DNA of 63,973 bases, counting the filler, from Thelocarpon superellum (taxonomy: Eukaryota), in NCBI GenBank assembly GCA_026025795.1. It is 13 parts of 13 records of this genome, joined end to end, with 100 filler letters (N's around TTAATTAATTAA, not from the genome) between each part and the next. Parts side by side here need not be neighbours in the genome. Positions count along the whole stretch, not along the records: positions 1 to 5,050 come from JAPEUG010000722.1; positions 5,151 to 10,164 come from JAPEUG010000723.1; positions 10,265 to 15,249 come from JAPEUG010000724.1; 10 more parts are not named here. The stretch is one strand, 5' to 3'. Below, piece by piece: positions 1 to 13,200 of this stretch; the first letter of the stretch is position 1; every line of letters begins with the position of its first letter. The position numbers were made by a program, and so were the translations under genes. The notes under the pieces are model-generated. The model was not told the origin of the DNA, ran no database searches, and saw only the letters and a program-made list of their open reading frames with translations.

Positions 1-817
1 ATCCTTGTAGGGAAGGGCGGCGGAGTGGCCAAGGAGGCAATACTTCCAGGGTCTTGCGGGCTAAGTGGCAGCTTTCCTTGGTTACTGTCGTCAAGGGCGA
101 GGCGCGGCGAGGCGCGCCGAGAGCAGGTGTGGGGCTGGAAGCCACTCAAGACACGCCCGCCCGGCAGTCGGACCACCGCGCCCTCCGTGCCTTGCCGCAC
201 CTCTCACGAATCCGTCCCACCGTCCTTCGCGTGTCGGTCGGCGCTCGAGGTGAGCTACTGCCAGTACCCTGCGCGGAGTCGGGAGGATGTTAGTCCTCGT
301 AAGGAGTACTTATAGGAACCGCATCCGCTTTAATTGAGCTGCGTCATCCGATCCTTCTTCACTCTCTACCGGCCTCGCGTCCAGCATCGAACGATCGAGC
401 GTCTTCGTTCGCACACGCGCGCGCAAAGCGACGAGGGTATTTCCATCGTTTGCTGGCCCTCCACCCTCGTTCGACGCCATACCAGCCATTGCGGCGTTGC
501 GACTGGTGAGACGCGGAGTCGACCCTTCCTCGCCTCCCCACTGCTCCCTAGGCGACAACCGGGACCGTCACTACTCCCCTCCAAACCGCCTCCTAGTCGT
601 ATTTATTCTCGACCCGTGGACTGATCGCCCTTTGCGACCACCACATCCGCCGTGCCATCTCTCATCGTGCATTTTCGCCCTCCCCGACGCCTGACTATCT
701 CGACCACGCCACTCTCGCTGCCCCACACTCGCTCGGAGAGTCCTGCGGTCCGCGCTCGCTGCTCCGCACCCGGCACCGTCATCACTCGTCGAACGACGCT
801 CGTTAGATCTCAGCACG

Positions 818-2222
818 ATGGCGAACCCATCTGGCCCGCCGACGCGGCCGCGGATGTTTAGTGTGGGGAGCCAGAAATCGTCGCTCAGCCGAAAGGGCAG
901 CACGAATCACGGGTACGATATGCAAGAGACACCGGAAGAGAAGGCGCGGAAGACGATCAAAACCAAAGCAGACCCTCGCATGGCCATCTTAGAGGACGAA
1001 CCTTGTGAGCCGCCGCCGCCTCTCCACCTTTTCGCCAGGCGCGCTTCACGTCCTGCGGCTGACCTTTCCATAGCATCCGTGGCCACGGGTGCGACAAGCA
1101 TCCAGTCGATCCGCACGCTGCAACACAAGGACTCAAACGGCAACCCCATCGGTAAGATGCTCTCAATTCGTGGCATATGTTCATGGGACGTCTCTTAACC
1201 CGAGTGATAGCCGATCCGGACCGATCGAACCCTACGCGTAGCCGGTGGGAACGCCCGTTGGATACGATTCGCGCTTTCGAGGCGGCCGTAGATGACAGCC
1301 ACCGCACCAAATCTATGGCTCGTCCTGGTACGACCTTTCTGCTCCATGGCCCCCCATCAAACGAATCGATCCTGACCAGCCGCAGAGTCCGTCGATCCGT
1401 ATGCCAGCCGGCGCAGTAGCTACGTTCAACGTGCGTCTACCGCGGCCCCATCCCCGTCCGACGTGGGTGCTGACGAGAGGACATTACGCAGCGTATAATC
1501 AACCCCAGCGACCACATACCGAGCTGGGCCATTACGGTGGTCGCTACGGTGCCATGCCACGACCCGAGAGCGTCGTGGACAGCTACTATGGCTCGCCGCC
1601 GCCGCACCCGCACCCGCACGCTCGATATCGACCGCCACCGCGGATGGCAACGGAGCCGGCCTACCATATGCAAGGTCCGGGACCTTCGGGATATCCGACG
1701 CATGGCTATCCGCAACCCTACGATGCCGCGACCACGGCGTCCGGCAGTGGGAGTCAAGCCACGGATCCGTGGGGCAACTCGACGGACCCCAGCAGCGAGA
1801 ACAGCTCGTTGGACCGTGGGCAACTGGCGCCCAAACCAGATCTCGGCGACGCGTACGGTGCGCCGGGAGCGGGCGCTCCCCCGCATCTGCACCCGGGCGA
1901 CATGGATCCGGCGGGGGGACCGATGGGTCGGGGAGGGTACGGGCCGGGAGGGTACGGGCCCAGCGGGCAATCCCCGCTCAGTCAGTCCAACGGTCGGTAT
2001 TATTCACAAGGTGAGGCGGATGTGGCGCCGTACCCACCGCCTCACGCACCGCCCAAGGATCATATGCCCGTGGCCCGGACACCCATTAAGCTGGGGAATT
2101 CGTCGGGTATGCCATCCGGGGTGCCGTCGGGCGGGGGTGGCATGGGACTGCCCACCAACCCCCGACCGCAGCTCGGCGACAAGCGGAAGAGCTGGTTCAA
2201 GCGATTCAGTAAAGCTGGCTGA
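818..2222 (+). CDS. DUF2406 family protein, 5 exons
   Basis: Introns 1005-1073, 1152-1210, 1328-1385 and 1431-1491 (GT..AG with branch points) join ORF pieces into a protein with GNPIADPDRSNPTRSRWERPLDTIRAFEAA, typical of fungal DUF2406, and a C-terminal KRKSWFKRFSK. Confidence 0.85.
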
Positions 2223-2535
2223 GGTCGGGAGGATTCGTGTGGAAACGAATGCGGTGCTATCCCTGCGTCGGAGCTATCTTTCGTCAAGTTTCCCTCTCGG
2301 CGCGGTCTCGTCGTCTTCTTCTTTCTAGCAGCAACAGGGTCGGGGAGCGGTGGGACACGAGGATCCCTCCGACGCGCGGCTGGTGTGGGAGACACCGGCT
2401 CGGTCTGTTACGACAGCGAGTCCCGCTTCTGTACATAGGCAGGCTGGCGCGATTTGGGGAGGGGAAGTCATGGTTGGTCACGAAAGGTGGGACTGAGCGA
2501 TGGGTATGAGGTCAAATTGATTGGAAACGATGCTT

Positions 2536-2993
2536 TCATCGCGCCTTTTTCTCCTTCTCCGCTGCCTCGATGGCTTCGCTCTGGTCCTCTCGCATGGCGA
2601 CAACGACGTAGGTGATCAAGACGACATTGGCCATCAGCGCTGCCGTGGCGCCGGCAAAGGTGGCGTTGCCTGGGCCACCGTTATGCTTGCACGCAACAGA
2701 TGGATGTATTAGGGGAGCTCCGCGCACCTTTGAAGACGGTATTCACCGTCACGAAGTAGGTGCCAATGGGTCCTCCCACCATGGCCAGCGTGAAGCCTAA
2801 CAGCTTGATGATGACGGCCCTAGAGTCAATCGCACCTCAGTGGATTGTTCCTTCCGACCCGGAACGAGGTTGATGCCTACGCGGGGACCGCCGGCGTGAT
2901 GTTGGACTTCTCCGAGCTGGGCGGCGTCCGGTCGTCGGCGTCATCCTTTTCGAGATACGTCTTCTCGCCGGGGATGATCCGTCGCGACGCCAT
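2536..2993 (-). CDS. VMA21: V-ATPase assembly integral membrane protein Vma21, 3 exons
   Basis: MASRRIIPGEKTYLEKDD...SNITPAVP, then two hydrophobic segments (..GNATFAGATAALMANVVLITYVVVAMREDQ) and a C-terminal KKAR dilysine ER-retrieval motif. Introns 2820-2880 and 2670-2727. Confidence 0.93.
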
Positions 2994-3238
2994 ATTGCGA
3001 TTGCAGAAGTCTGCAGTCAAGATCGTGCTCGACGTCGAATGTGGTGGGAGGTCTTCGCCCGGTGACGCTGGTGGTCCATACCTTTGGCGCTACTTCAGCT
3101 TGGGTGCAGAACTGAGAGGGCCCGGCGTTCGTGTCTGTCCTCGTACTCCCGTACTCTGTCCTCGTCCTCGGCTAGGACTACTCGTACGGTAGGTTGATCG
3201 AGCACGAGGACGGAGGCGCTAGAGGCAGAGTGACTTCA

Positions 3239-3293
3239 ACGCGCCACGCTCCCCAGCACGCGTAGAACAGGGCGCTAAGTGGCGAGCAACGCG
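3239..3293. promoter_or_regulatory. Cluster of MCB-like elements in the VMA21/FUN30 divergent promoter
   Basis: ACGCG at 3239 and 3289 and a full ACGCGT at 3258, within 55 bp and upstream of a DNA-metabolism gene. Short motifs in GC-rich DNA, so chance is possible. Confidence 0.3.
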
Positions 3294-3604
3294 GTTCACC
3301 GGGTCACATATGTTCGGTGGTAACAGTCGTGAATTGGGGGCCCTGGTACCACGCATTAATATTATCTTTCTTGGTCGGCACGCCAAACGTAGAGGAGCGT
3401 CTATCATCCACCCTGCTCCCGACGTTCCTACCAGTACCATTCAGGTGGTTGTTTGACCTTACACGCTTCCGCTGATGCTCTTTCGCCACGTCCTTGACTC
3501 ATGACTCTCTAAGACTCGCGTGTCGTTGGGCCATCGTCATATCCGCCGGCTTCGACCCATCGAGCCGGTAGGGCTGGGCCTGTTTTGGAAAAGAGCTTCT
3601 GGCC

Positions 3605-5050
3605 ATGTCGACTCTCCGGCGAATTCGGCCCGACATGGTGTCGGAGTCGCCCGTCAAACGACAGAGGACCAACGCCGGCGCGGCCAAAGCGACGCAGGAC
3701 AGCTATCATTCCGACGACGACGATGCCGACGAACTGTTCGATGGCTACGAGACAGTCGCTACTCTACCCATCGATCGTCCGGCCGTCTCGCAATTCTCCG
3801 CCACGCAAACCCATGTCACCCAGCCCACGCAGATCTTGGACCGCCCCAAAACCCTCTCGGAGAAAGCACCTGGCCACGATTCCGTTGTGCAGGTCATCGC
3901 TTCATCGCCCCTGCGACCGTCGGGCGTAGCGTCCGTGGATTCGTCTCGAAGCAAGTCGCTTGCGGGAGGTGTCCTAGCTCGTGCCATGGCTCCGCCCGGA
4001 ACGGCCTTTCGTCTTCCGCCCGGCGTGAAAGCTGCACCTCCGTCCGTGCCGATCATCGATCTCAGCGATGACGATGGACCAACGTATCAAGGTGACTCGT
4101 CCGATGAAGCTGCATCCGAAGCCAGGCGTGTCGACATCAAACCTTCTACGTTTGCCAAATCCGGTGATGCTGTCGGACGTGCCGGACGTGGAGAAATATC
4201 CCCGGGCGCAGGGGTGGCGCGATTTCGGGAGATCACGTCCAACGCCTTCTACAAGCCATTGGATCCCAGCAAACCCCGCGGTGCCGCCCTGTCGGGTTCG
4301 GTCTTTGACTCGAGAAATCGAGACGAACAGATGACGTCTTCGACCTTCGCCGCCGTACCGCGTCCTTCCACGAAGCAGCAGCGGCCCGAACGGGCCAAGC
4401 AGGTAGAGGACATCTCGCTCGATACGATCCAGGACTTCCACATGCGCGATAAGGTGGTGCGAATGCGCCGCATTCTCCCAAGCACCTCCATACTTGCGTG
4501 CCAGACGGCGCTGGTTGAGAAGAGGGGCAACTTCGATGACGCCATGGATTGGCTCACGTTGCAAGAGGAGCGTGGCGCTGCCGTCGACCTGACCATATCG
4601 GATGAGGACCTGGCCGCCGACCCGCTCTCGCAACTGCCGAAGCCCACGGCGAAACGTCAGGTCAAGGCGCCCAATCGGACGATCCAAGATAAGTACTCGT
4701 CCACGCAGACCCTGTCACGGCCGCAGCTCTCCGCACACGTGGCTGGGGCCGCGACGGCCCTGACGCCGCCAAAACCTCGGAAACGGCTCGTGAAAGGCCG
4801 CAAATATGCCTCGTCGCCGGCCGAAGCACCGAAGCCTCCTCCCAAGAGAAGCGCGTCTCCCTTCTCGTCCGACGGCTCGGACTCGGGTCTCGCCAGCCCT
4901 TCGGGCGACGACGTCGAGCTCGACGGCAAAGTCTTGGGTTTTTTCAATTCATGTTCGGTCAAAGACCTCGCGGACATTGCGAGCGTCAGCGTCGACATCG
5001 CCCAGGCCATTGTCGCGCAGAAACCGTTTGCCTCGTTGGATGAGATTCGT
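3605..5050 (+). CDS. FUN30: SNF2-family chromatin remodeler Fun30/Fft3/SMARCAD1, N-terminal part, 3'-truncated at contig end
   Basis: Disordered N-terminus, CUE-like segment (MRRILPSTSILACQTALVEKRGNFDDAMDWL) and FFNSCSVKDLADIA...QKPFASLDEIR block as in filamentous-fungal Fun30 proteins. The ATPase domain is not in the window. Confidence 0.75.
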
Positions 5051-5150
5051 NNNNNNNNNNNNNNNNNNNNNNNNNNNNNNNNNNNNNNNNNNNNTTAATT
5101 AATTAANNNNNNNNNNNNNNNNNNNNNNNNNNNNNNNNNNNNNNNNNNNN
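5051..5150. other. Artificial contig linker
   Basis: 44 N + TTAATTAATTAA (stop codons in all six frames) + 44 N, identical at every junction. Confidence 0.98.
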
Positions 5151-6008
5151 ATCCGATCCCGAGAAGGCGGTACGTGTCACTTTCTGCCAGGGGTCTGCCG
5201 GCGACTGACCTCGGCAGCGAGAATACGCCGCTTCGGCCCAGGATCTCCTTCTGCAGGCCCCCACTCACGCAGGCAAGAAGAAGATCATGTCGAAGCGGCT
5301 TCCGTTCGACACGTACGTGATTCGCAAGGTGCAGAAATGGCAGAAGCGCGCGGAGGAGTGGGGCGTGGATTTGATCGACGCCGTGGGCGTGAGTCCGATG
5401 GAGGAGATGATATATTTCTGGAGTCAGTGGCGGCTCCAGCCGATGCGTGAGCGAGAGTCATCTACTAATGCCCGTGTGTGTGTCTCGTGAAGATGGGTTC
5501 AAGCGGATGCAGCCGGCGCAGCTGGAGAATTCGCTTGCCGCGCTCGTCTGGTCGGAATCATCGAATCCACACTGGGAGCGGGAGGGCTTAGACGAGCAAG
5601 CCATCCACGGGTTCCTGCGCGCCGTCGTCCTGCGGAACTTGAAACGATACGACGAGGCGCGGCAGAGCCTCGAAACGACGGTGCTGAGCCACGGCTGGCC
5701 GGAATTTCGCGGACCTCTCCGCGACGACTGGACCTGCCCAAGTGCGCATTACGAGATGGCGGTTCTGTGCTGGGAGGAGTGGCGCCAGCAGAGTCAACAG
5801 AGCAAGGACGAGGCACTTCTCACGCAATGCCGTGAGTGGCTCGACAAGGCTGCGGGTTGGGAGGCGTATGAGCTGGACACTCGGTAAGTCTGACAATGCG
5901 TTGGATGTGTGGTAAGGAGATACGACTGACTGATGGATGACAACACGTGATGGATGTAGGATTGGCGTCAAGATTACCACTGCCAAGAGCACCATTGCTG
6001 CTCTGTGA
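5151..6008 (+). CDS. IML2: Inclusion body clearance protein Iml2 (TTC39 family), C-terminal part, 5'-truncated
   Basis: Introns 5170-5217, 5423-5492 and 5884-5959 give AGKKKIMSKRLPFDTYVIRKVQKW...SPMEEMIYFWNG...DDWTCPSAHYEMAV...YELDTRIGVKITTAKSTIAAL*. Confidence 0.88.
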
Positions 6009-6024
6009 TTCTTGCTCGATTGAC

Positions 6025-6096
6025 GATGATGGTGATGGTGATGGTGATGGTGATGGTGATGGTGATGGTGATGGTGATGGTGATGATGATGATGAT
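6025..6096. repeat. (GATGGT)9-(GAT)5 microsatellite in the IML2 3' region
   Basis: Directly visible tandem repeat. Confidence 0.95.
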
Positions 6097-6778
6097 GGAG
6101 ATGAAACATCGACGACTTTGGAATTGGCAGACGTCGCCATCTCCATGTTGCGGCTCTCTGGACAGCAATCAAAGAGGAATAGAAAGTACCCTAGATCATC
6201 CCCGGACGTTGAATTTCACTCACTCAAGGAAAAGCATCGTAGATTGACGCATGGAAGACGGAGGCGGGATGTAGAACATGAAGCGTCTCCACGTTGAGCA
6301 GGCAAGAGTGGAGCAAAAGCTTCACGTCAGGTCGGGGTAAAGGTTTCTCCTTCTCCTGCCCTCCCCCAACATTTCCCACGTCGCATCGATGCTTCACTCA
6401 GCCAAGATTGTACTGGTGTCATTGCATTCAGCGATGCGTTGCGGATAGCGCCAGGAGGACTTGACTCTACTCCCCAGACCTAGCCACACCTTGGCGGCTC
6501 CTACTCGCAGGTGGTTGTGCTATCTACGAGCAATGCTTTTGAAAGAATGGAAGTAAAGAGTTGTTCTGGCGTTGTTCGCAGTTCTACACGTCCACCGTTC
6601 TACGGAACTGCCGTGGCGAGCTGGTGCCGAGCTGCCTTGCCCGACGCCAGCACTCATCCTCGCTCGATCAGATCCTCCAGGTGCATCATTACCCGTGACC
6701 TTACGACGAGAAGCGGCGTTTCGTTGTCCGAAGGTGCCTCTCCTACTGCTGACCAGCAACACCTCCATCCAAGCTTCA

Positions 6779-7978
6779 ATGCTCCCATTCCAAGCTCCCC
6801 TTGCACAAGCACGTGTGCTTTGCGACCGGTCAGCAGGCCGTCAAGTAAGATGCTCAAGCTCAGCATTTGGCCCACTTGCTGAATACCCTTTAAAATGCCG
6901 CCGACTTCTTACTGTCTCCCTCCATCTATCATCCCGACACTACCTCCAGACACCCTTTCGGCACTATAATAGTAGTGATGGATGCCGGCGAATATCCCCT
7001 CGCTCGCTCTCCCATCGGTCGACTTATGTGCGAAGAAGCAACAGCGATGCACGCTCGAGCCCGAGCTACAATGCTGCTACCAACCATTCCAGCAACACCG
7101 GGGGCACTCCGAGCGGCCCCAACGAAGAATACACCCCGCAGCCATTGAACCGAAGCATCGGCCTACCAGATCCACCGCAAGAAGGAGAGAACAGCGGTGT
7201 CGACACCCGATCATGGCGCCAACGACGAGACGACTTCCTAAACTGGGACAAACACCTCGCCCGGCGACGAGAACTGTAGGCCTCCCCCCCTTCCAACCAA
7301 CCTGAACCGCACTGACCAAAGCGCAGAACACAACAAGTCTCACGCCCCTACTTCCGCGACTGGAAAATGCTGCGCCACCACAAAGGCAAGACCTTCTCCG
7401 CGCCCTCGCGACTGTTCCGCGCCTCTCGAGCCCTCTACTTCCCCAACCTCCAGGGCCGCACGCTTGCCTCGCCCGACCCAGCCGACACCACCCCCATCCT
7501 GCGCGACAAGATCAGCCTCGTGGCAATCTACTCGGGGACGTGGGCCGAGCGACAAACGCAAACCTTCACCTCCGCCTCTCCCTCCTTCCCATCCAACGGG
7601 CCCCTGCACACCCTGCTCGCGTCGCACCCGACCCGGCTGCAAAAAGTCGAGCTCAACATCGAGGAAAACAGCTTCAAGGCGGGCCTGATCACCTTCTTCA
7701 TGTCCAATCTACGTCGGGGACGGTCGACGCAGGAACGAGCGCGTTATTTCCTGATCCGTCGCGGGCTGGACGAGCACATCAGAGACGCAATGGCCATGCT
7801 GAATTCAAAGGTCGGCTATGTCTTTCTCGTCGATGCCGAAGCTCGCATTCGCTGGGCCGCTAGTGGGCTTGCGGAGGAGGGCGAGAGAGAGGCGTTGGAG
7901 CGCGGCGTGAGGAGGTTGTTGGATGAGGCCGGGCCAGAGGGTCAGGGCGAGCGCCAGCTTCACGGAAAGTTGTCATGA
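6779..7978 (+). CDS. ATP10: Mitochondrial ATPase assembly factor Atp10, 2 exons
   Basis: R/S-rich presequence, PQPLNRSIGLPDPPQEGENSGVDTR, intron 7276-7326, SRPYFRDW..HHKGKTF..RALYFPNLQG and NSKVGYVFLVDAEARIRWAASG. The start ATG at 6779 is inferred. Confidence 0.92.
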
Positions 7979-8145
7979 ATAACTGTAGATGTAGATGTAG
8001 ATGTGAATACATACACTGTCGAGTAGAACATGGATAAATCACAAGAACAATCCCGATACTCCTGACATGAAAACGCCTCGCTTGACCCCTCCAGTCACCG
8101 AAGATGACACCGAAGACACCCTCCTCACTCCTCAACCCTCAACTC

Positions 8146-9053
8146 TCACCTGAAATACAAAACCAGCAGGAAGCAAAAGGCAATAAAGCCACCCAGGATG
8201 AAGCCATCACGTCTCTTCTTAGCGCCAATGCGCCCAATCAGGGTATTGATTCCCGGCACCTGGCTCGCGGCGCCGACGATGCGTCGATTGATACTCGCCA
8301 GCGTTTCGCGTTGCAGAGTGAAACTCTCGTTGACGGCGTAGGCCTGGCTGAGCACGCTATCCGCCATGTTGTGGCTGTTGTCTAGCCTCCGCCGCTCGTC
8401 GAGCATGTACTCTGCTTCTTGCGCCGTGGCGGCCGAGCCCGAGATCGGGTTCGTGCTGCTCCTGTAGGCGTCAATGTCCGAGCGTACATTCGAGAGCAGG
8501 TTCGCGCGGTTGCGGGCCTCGAGGATGCTGGACCGGAGCCGGGAGAGCTCGCTTCGGTGCTCTTGGAGCACTTCGCGGTGCCGCGAGAGGTTCTTTTGCT
8601 TCAGCGCCGATGAGGATAGGGCGGTTTCGGAGTCGACGAGCCGAGAGAGCTGGCCGATGAGACTTTCTCGCTGGTGGGGGGATTTCGAGTCAGATGCTAG
8701 GTTAGACAGTAGAGGTGTGGGTGGAGGTGGGGATGGAGGTGGAAGTGTTCAAGCTCACCTTGTCCAAAGTCTCTTGTAATTGTCGTTCAATCTTCATCTC
8801 CTCGTCACTTGGTTTTGAAGGGATGTTGGACATGGATGCAATTTGGGAGTAGTTGTGGAAGAGAGAGTCAGTCTGGGGGGTGGGTCAGCTATCGTACGAA
8901 GAAGGAAGCTGTCTACTGTGTAGTCCAGGCTGCATCTTGATTGATGGGACGTTGGACATGGGGGGATCGAGGGGAAGGAATGTGCACCTGTGTCTCCAAC
9001 GATCGCACTTGTTGCCGTAGCTGAACCCATCCTGTCGGTGTGAATGAAGCCAT
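8146..9053 (-). CDS. GOS1: Golgi SNARE Gos1, 3 exons
   Basis: MASFTPTGWVQLRQQVRSLETQ start, introns 8873-8987 and 8671-8758, SNARE helix and C-terminal KKRRDGFILGGFIAFCFLLVLYFR tail anchor. Confidence 0.93.
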
Positions 9054-9506
9054 GATGGAGACGGTGGAGACTCAAGGCGAGCTAGGTCCGTAGAGAACGA
9101 GAGCTCATCCGATGTCCTGAAGTTGGCGTACTCGTTGATCCAGGTAATGTATAACCAACGCTGACCGAGCTCGGACGCGATTCAGTTATAAGTCACGGGT
9201 CTCGCCTCTGGCTCCGGAACAGTCCGTGAGCCGGTCGGAGACGCGCGGCTAGTGTTGCGTCTCCGAGGGCTGCCTTTGACGAGCTAAGTGGGAGAGGAGG
9301 AACTCCGACTGGGGAAACTTTTACCGCGCAACCCATCACTCCGCTTAGCCTAGCAGGTCTAAGCCCTGATTACCCACACGGCGCAAAAAGTTCGCGACCC
9401 GCACTTGCAGCACTTGTTCAGCGGTCATCGACATCGACAGTCCCGCCGACTTCCACATCCACCCATCCCACGGACACAGATTGGAGTTGACACCTTTAAT
9501 TTCAAG

Positions 9507-10094
9507 ATGGTATGCTCTTGGTCTCCGTCTGATTCCACTGTCATCATGAAACCCTGACTAACGGTGGACGGTCGCTGTTAGTCCGGCAAAATCAGAACCG
9601 GCCAATTATGGGTCAAGAGCAAGGATGACCTCAAGAAGCAATTGGATGAGCTCAAGACGGAGTTGGGACAACTACGGGTGCAAAAGATTGCGGGAGGAGC
9701 TGCCTCAAAACTCACCAAGATGTATGTGGTTGAAGTCGTGTACTTTTCTCCACTCTCCCCGTCCACCGGCCCTCCTCTTCATATCTTCAATCTCTATCAA
9801 CCCACCCAAGTCCTGCTACTTCTCCCCTCCTCCCCTGGTCCTGAGTATCTCTGACCACTCCACAACAGCCACGACCTCCGCAAATCCATCGCCAAAGTCC
9901 TCACCATCATCAACGCCAACCAGCGCGCACAGCTCCGACTCTTCTACAAGAACAAGAAATACCTCCCGCTCGACCTCCGACCAAAGCAAACCCGCGCCAT
10001 CCGACGAAGTCTCTCGAAACACGAGCGGTCGCGCACCACGGAGAAGTCGAAGAAGAAGGACCGTCATTTCCCCCAGCGCGTTTTTGCTGTCAAG
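9507..10094 (+). CDS. RPL35: 60S ribosomal protein L35 (uL29); the last short exon lies beyond the contig end
   Basis: ATG-only first coding exon, introns 9510-9581, 9722-9868 and 10095-10164. Protein [56 protein letters not shown]. Confidence 0.96.
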
Positions 10095-10164
10095 GTTCGT
10101 GCGACCTGGCGTCACGGAGACACTCCCAATAGAACCTCTAGCTGATCATGAATCAATGGGACAG

Positions 10165-10264
10165 NNNNNNNNNNNNNNNNNNNNNNNNNNNNNNNNNNNN
10201 NNNNNNNNTTAATTAATTAANNNNNNNNNNNNNNNNNNNNNNNNNNNNNNNNNNNNNNNNNNNN
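10165..10264. other. Artificial contig linker
   Basis: 44 N + TTAATTAATTAA + 44 N. Confidence 0.98.
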
Positions 10265-10296
<32 letters not shown>

Positions 10297-13200
10297 TCCC
10301 CGGCAGGTTCGGGGTCGATGGAGCAGGTGTGGATGTCGTGGAATCGATGAGATGAACGCGACGCAGCGACGTGAAGATCTCCTCGTCGGTGAAGATGCCG
10401 AATGGGTCGAGATTGCTGCGGATCGTCCCGGAGAACAGCGTCGGATCTACACACCCGAACATCAGCTCATCCTCCTGTTAGCTTCATCTTCGCTCCGCCC
10501 GAAACATACCCTGGGGCACGATGGTGACGTTTTCCCGCAGATCCTGAAGTCCGATCAATCCCACATCCACCTCATCGATGACAATCTTGCCGTGCTCGGC
10601 TTCCAGGCCACGGAACAGCGCCAACGCCAACGAGCTTTTGCCTGCCCCCGTTCGTCCCACGATCCCCACCTTTTCGAGCGGCCGGATGCGGAAGCTGATG
10701 TTTCTCAACACTGGCTCCAGGTCACTGCGATATCGCGTCGTGTATTTGGAAAATTCAACAGCGCCCTTGCTCGGCCAGTTCCCGGGTGGACGACGCTCAG
10801 GCACGATCGCCTTGGCTTCCTGTTGAACATCGAGGTACTCCTTGACTCGCTCAACCCTGTCGCCTGTCAACAATGCACCACCGCATCGGCCATCCGTCGC
10901 CACCCTTACGAATTCATATTCTGCTCGTTGATCGCATACAGCCGAACGAGCCACAGCACATTCTCCGTGAAGGTGACGGCGTACGTCAACGACAATCCCG
11001 CCGCTCCCGCGTCGATTCGCCCCACACTCGAGATGACGAAGGCGCCGGCGAAGAAGGCGACCAGCGCTCCGACGATGTCCACCCGAAACGCCAGCCATCG
11101 ATTCGTCGCCCACATGTAGATGAATGGTCGAGCTTGGGTGTTGATCCGCGCCAGGTTATCCCGCACGAAGCGTCGCTCGTCTCCGTACGCCCGAATCGTC
11201 GTGATGCCCGACAGCGTTTCGCCAAACTGCTGGTACAGCGGGCTTCGCTGCACAGACTCCAAGCGCTTCAGGTCGCGCGAGGATCGGATGTAGAACTTGC
11301 CGATGAAGAAGTACATGGCGCTGATGAAGAACGCGGCGATCAGAAAGCTCGGCGTGATGACGGAGATGAGGATGATGACGGTGACGATCGTGAACGAGCA
11401 GTGCACCATCCCCAGCGCCACGGGCGCCACTTCTTGGTCGATGGCCTCAATATCCTTGGAGAAGCGGTTCATGAGCTGTCCCAGGGGCGTGGAGTCGAAG
11501 AAGCTGAACTTGGCCCGCGTCACCGATTCCAGCAGCCACTTGTGGATCTTCCACGATGCGTTCAGCGACCCCCCAAATGAGATGGCTTCCCGTAGCAGCG
11601 AGATCAGCAGGTACACCACCCCTATGAGTGCGTAGACGGCGAGGTAATGCGACACATCCACCTCCGACGCGCCCGTCAGAGACACCAACGTCCGATCCGA
11701 GTGCGGAAACAGCGACGAAGGCAACGACCACGCACAGCTCCCACTGCGAAAGCAGCTCGCCGTGAGCACCGAAACAGGACCTTGCGACGAGCGATGGAGC
11801 GGAAAGGGGTCGGATAGAGCCGCGGGCTGGACCCGCTCGGTATGGTAGGCGTTGGCCCACTCCCGAATCCACACATTGGTAGCCACGGAGCCAAGCTGCT
11901 GCGCGACGAAGGTGGCCGTCGCCGCGACCCAGAAGTACCAGGGACCCATCGTCGTGAGATAAAGCCAAATGATGTTCCACTTGACTCCGCCAATCGCCTT
12001 TTCCTCTGTCCGCGCATTGGCCGCCATGGCATCTTCGACGCCGTCTTTGCCACCTATCTTGGCGGGCGAGTCGCCATCAGTGTCGCCATTCGCTTCGGCG
12101 CTGTCATCGGTATCTGTAGCGTTGCCGTTGAGCGTCGACTGCACCCGGGACGTCGTGCGGGATCCAGAGCTGGATCCCGGCCGCGACTGATGGAATTCGT
12201 CGCCCAACAGGCCCGTCGCGATGACTCGATCGGGCGAGCCTTGCGATGAGATCTTGCCATTGTCCATCACCACAACGTGCGTCGCATGGGGCAGGCAGAG
12301 CGCCGTATTGTGTGTCACCAGGATGCACGTGCGACCATACATGAGCGGCCCCATGATGCTGTGGTCAAAGATCCACTTGGCCGTGTGCGAATCGACCGCG
12401 CTCAAGCAGTCATCCAAGAGCAAGTGGCGCGCATTGGAGTACAACGCGCGTGCGAGGGAGATGCGCTGCTTCTGACCACCCGAGAGCGAGATACCCTTTT
12501 CGCCGACAAGTGTCTGGTCACCCGCGTCCAAGATCTCGAGATCCCGCTCCAACGCACACGCCTTGATAACGTCTCGGTACCGTTTCGGGTCCAGTGACTC
12601 GGCGAAGAGGATGTTCTGCTTGATGGTGTCATTGACGAGCCACGCTTGTTGCGCACAGTACGCCACACTCTCCGTCAGCCCGGTCTCTGGGTCGGGGCGT
12701 AGGTCTTCCCGACTACAGCCACCCGGGAGGTGGACGGCCCCGTCGAGCAACGTCATTTCCCCCAACAGGGCCATCAGCAGGGACGTTTTGCCTGAGCCGG
12801 TCGGTCCGATGATGAGGTTCAACTCTCCAACCTGAAAGACGACGTTGACGTCAATCAAACGGAAAGCAGCAGAGGCATCCACCAGGGCTTGGTCACGACC
12901 GCCCCACGTCAATGTGGCATCGCTCAGTCCGATGCTGGGATCCTCGTCGGAGTCGTCAGGATTGGGTCGAAGCTGCTGGTACTTCTCCGTTTCCTCTTCC
13001 TTCAAGAACTCATCAACACGGTCGACCGAGACCTTGGCTTCTTGCACGTGCGCGAGCATGTCCGCCAGCTGATCCAGCGGAATCCGGAGGAGGCTGAAGA
13101 GCGATAGTGCGGTAAAGGCCACGGACGGGATGAGGCGCTTCTTCTCGACCACGGTGTAGACGAAGAAAGACATGAAGGTGATGACCAGCGGCACCCCGTA

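Noticed and set aside
5588..6297. Poly-His, (SP)n, (DG)n, (IT)n and (MV)n ORFs
   Set aside because: These are translations of the (GATGGT)n microsatellite downstream of the IML2 stop.
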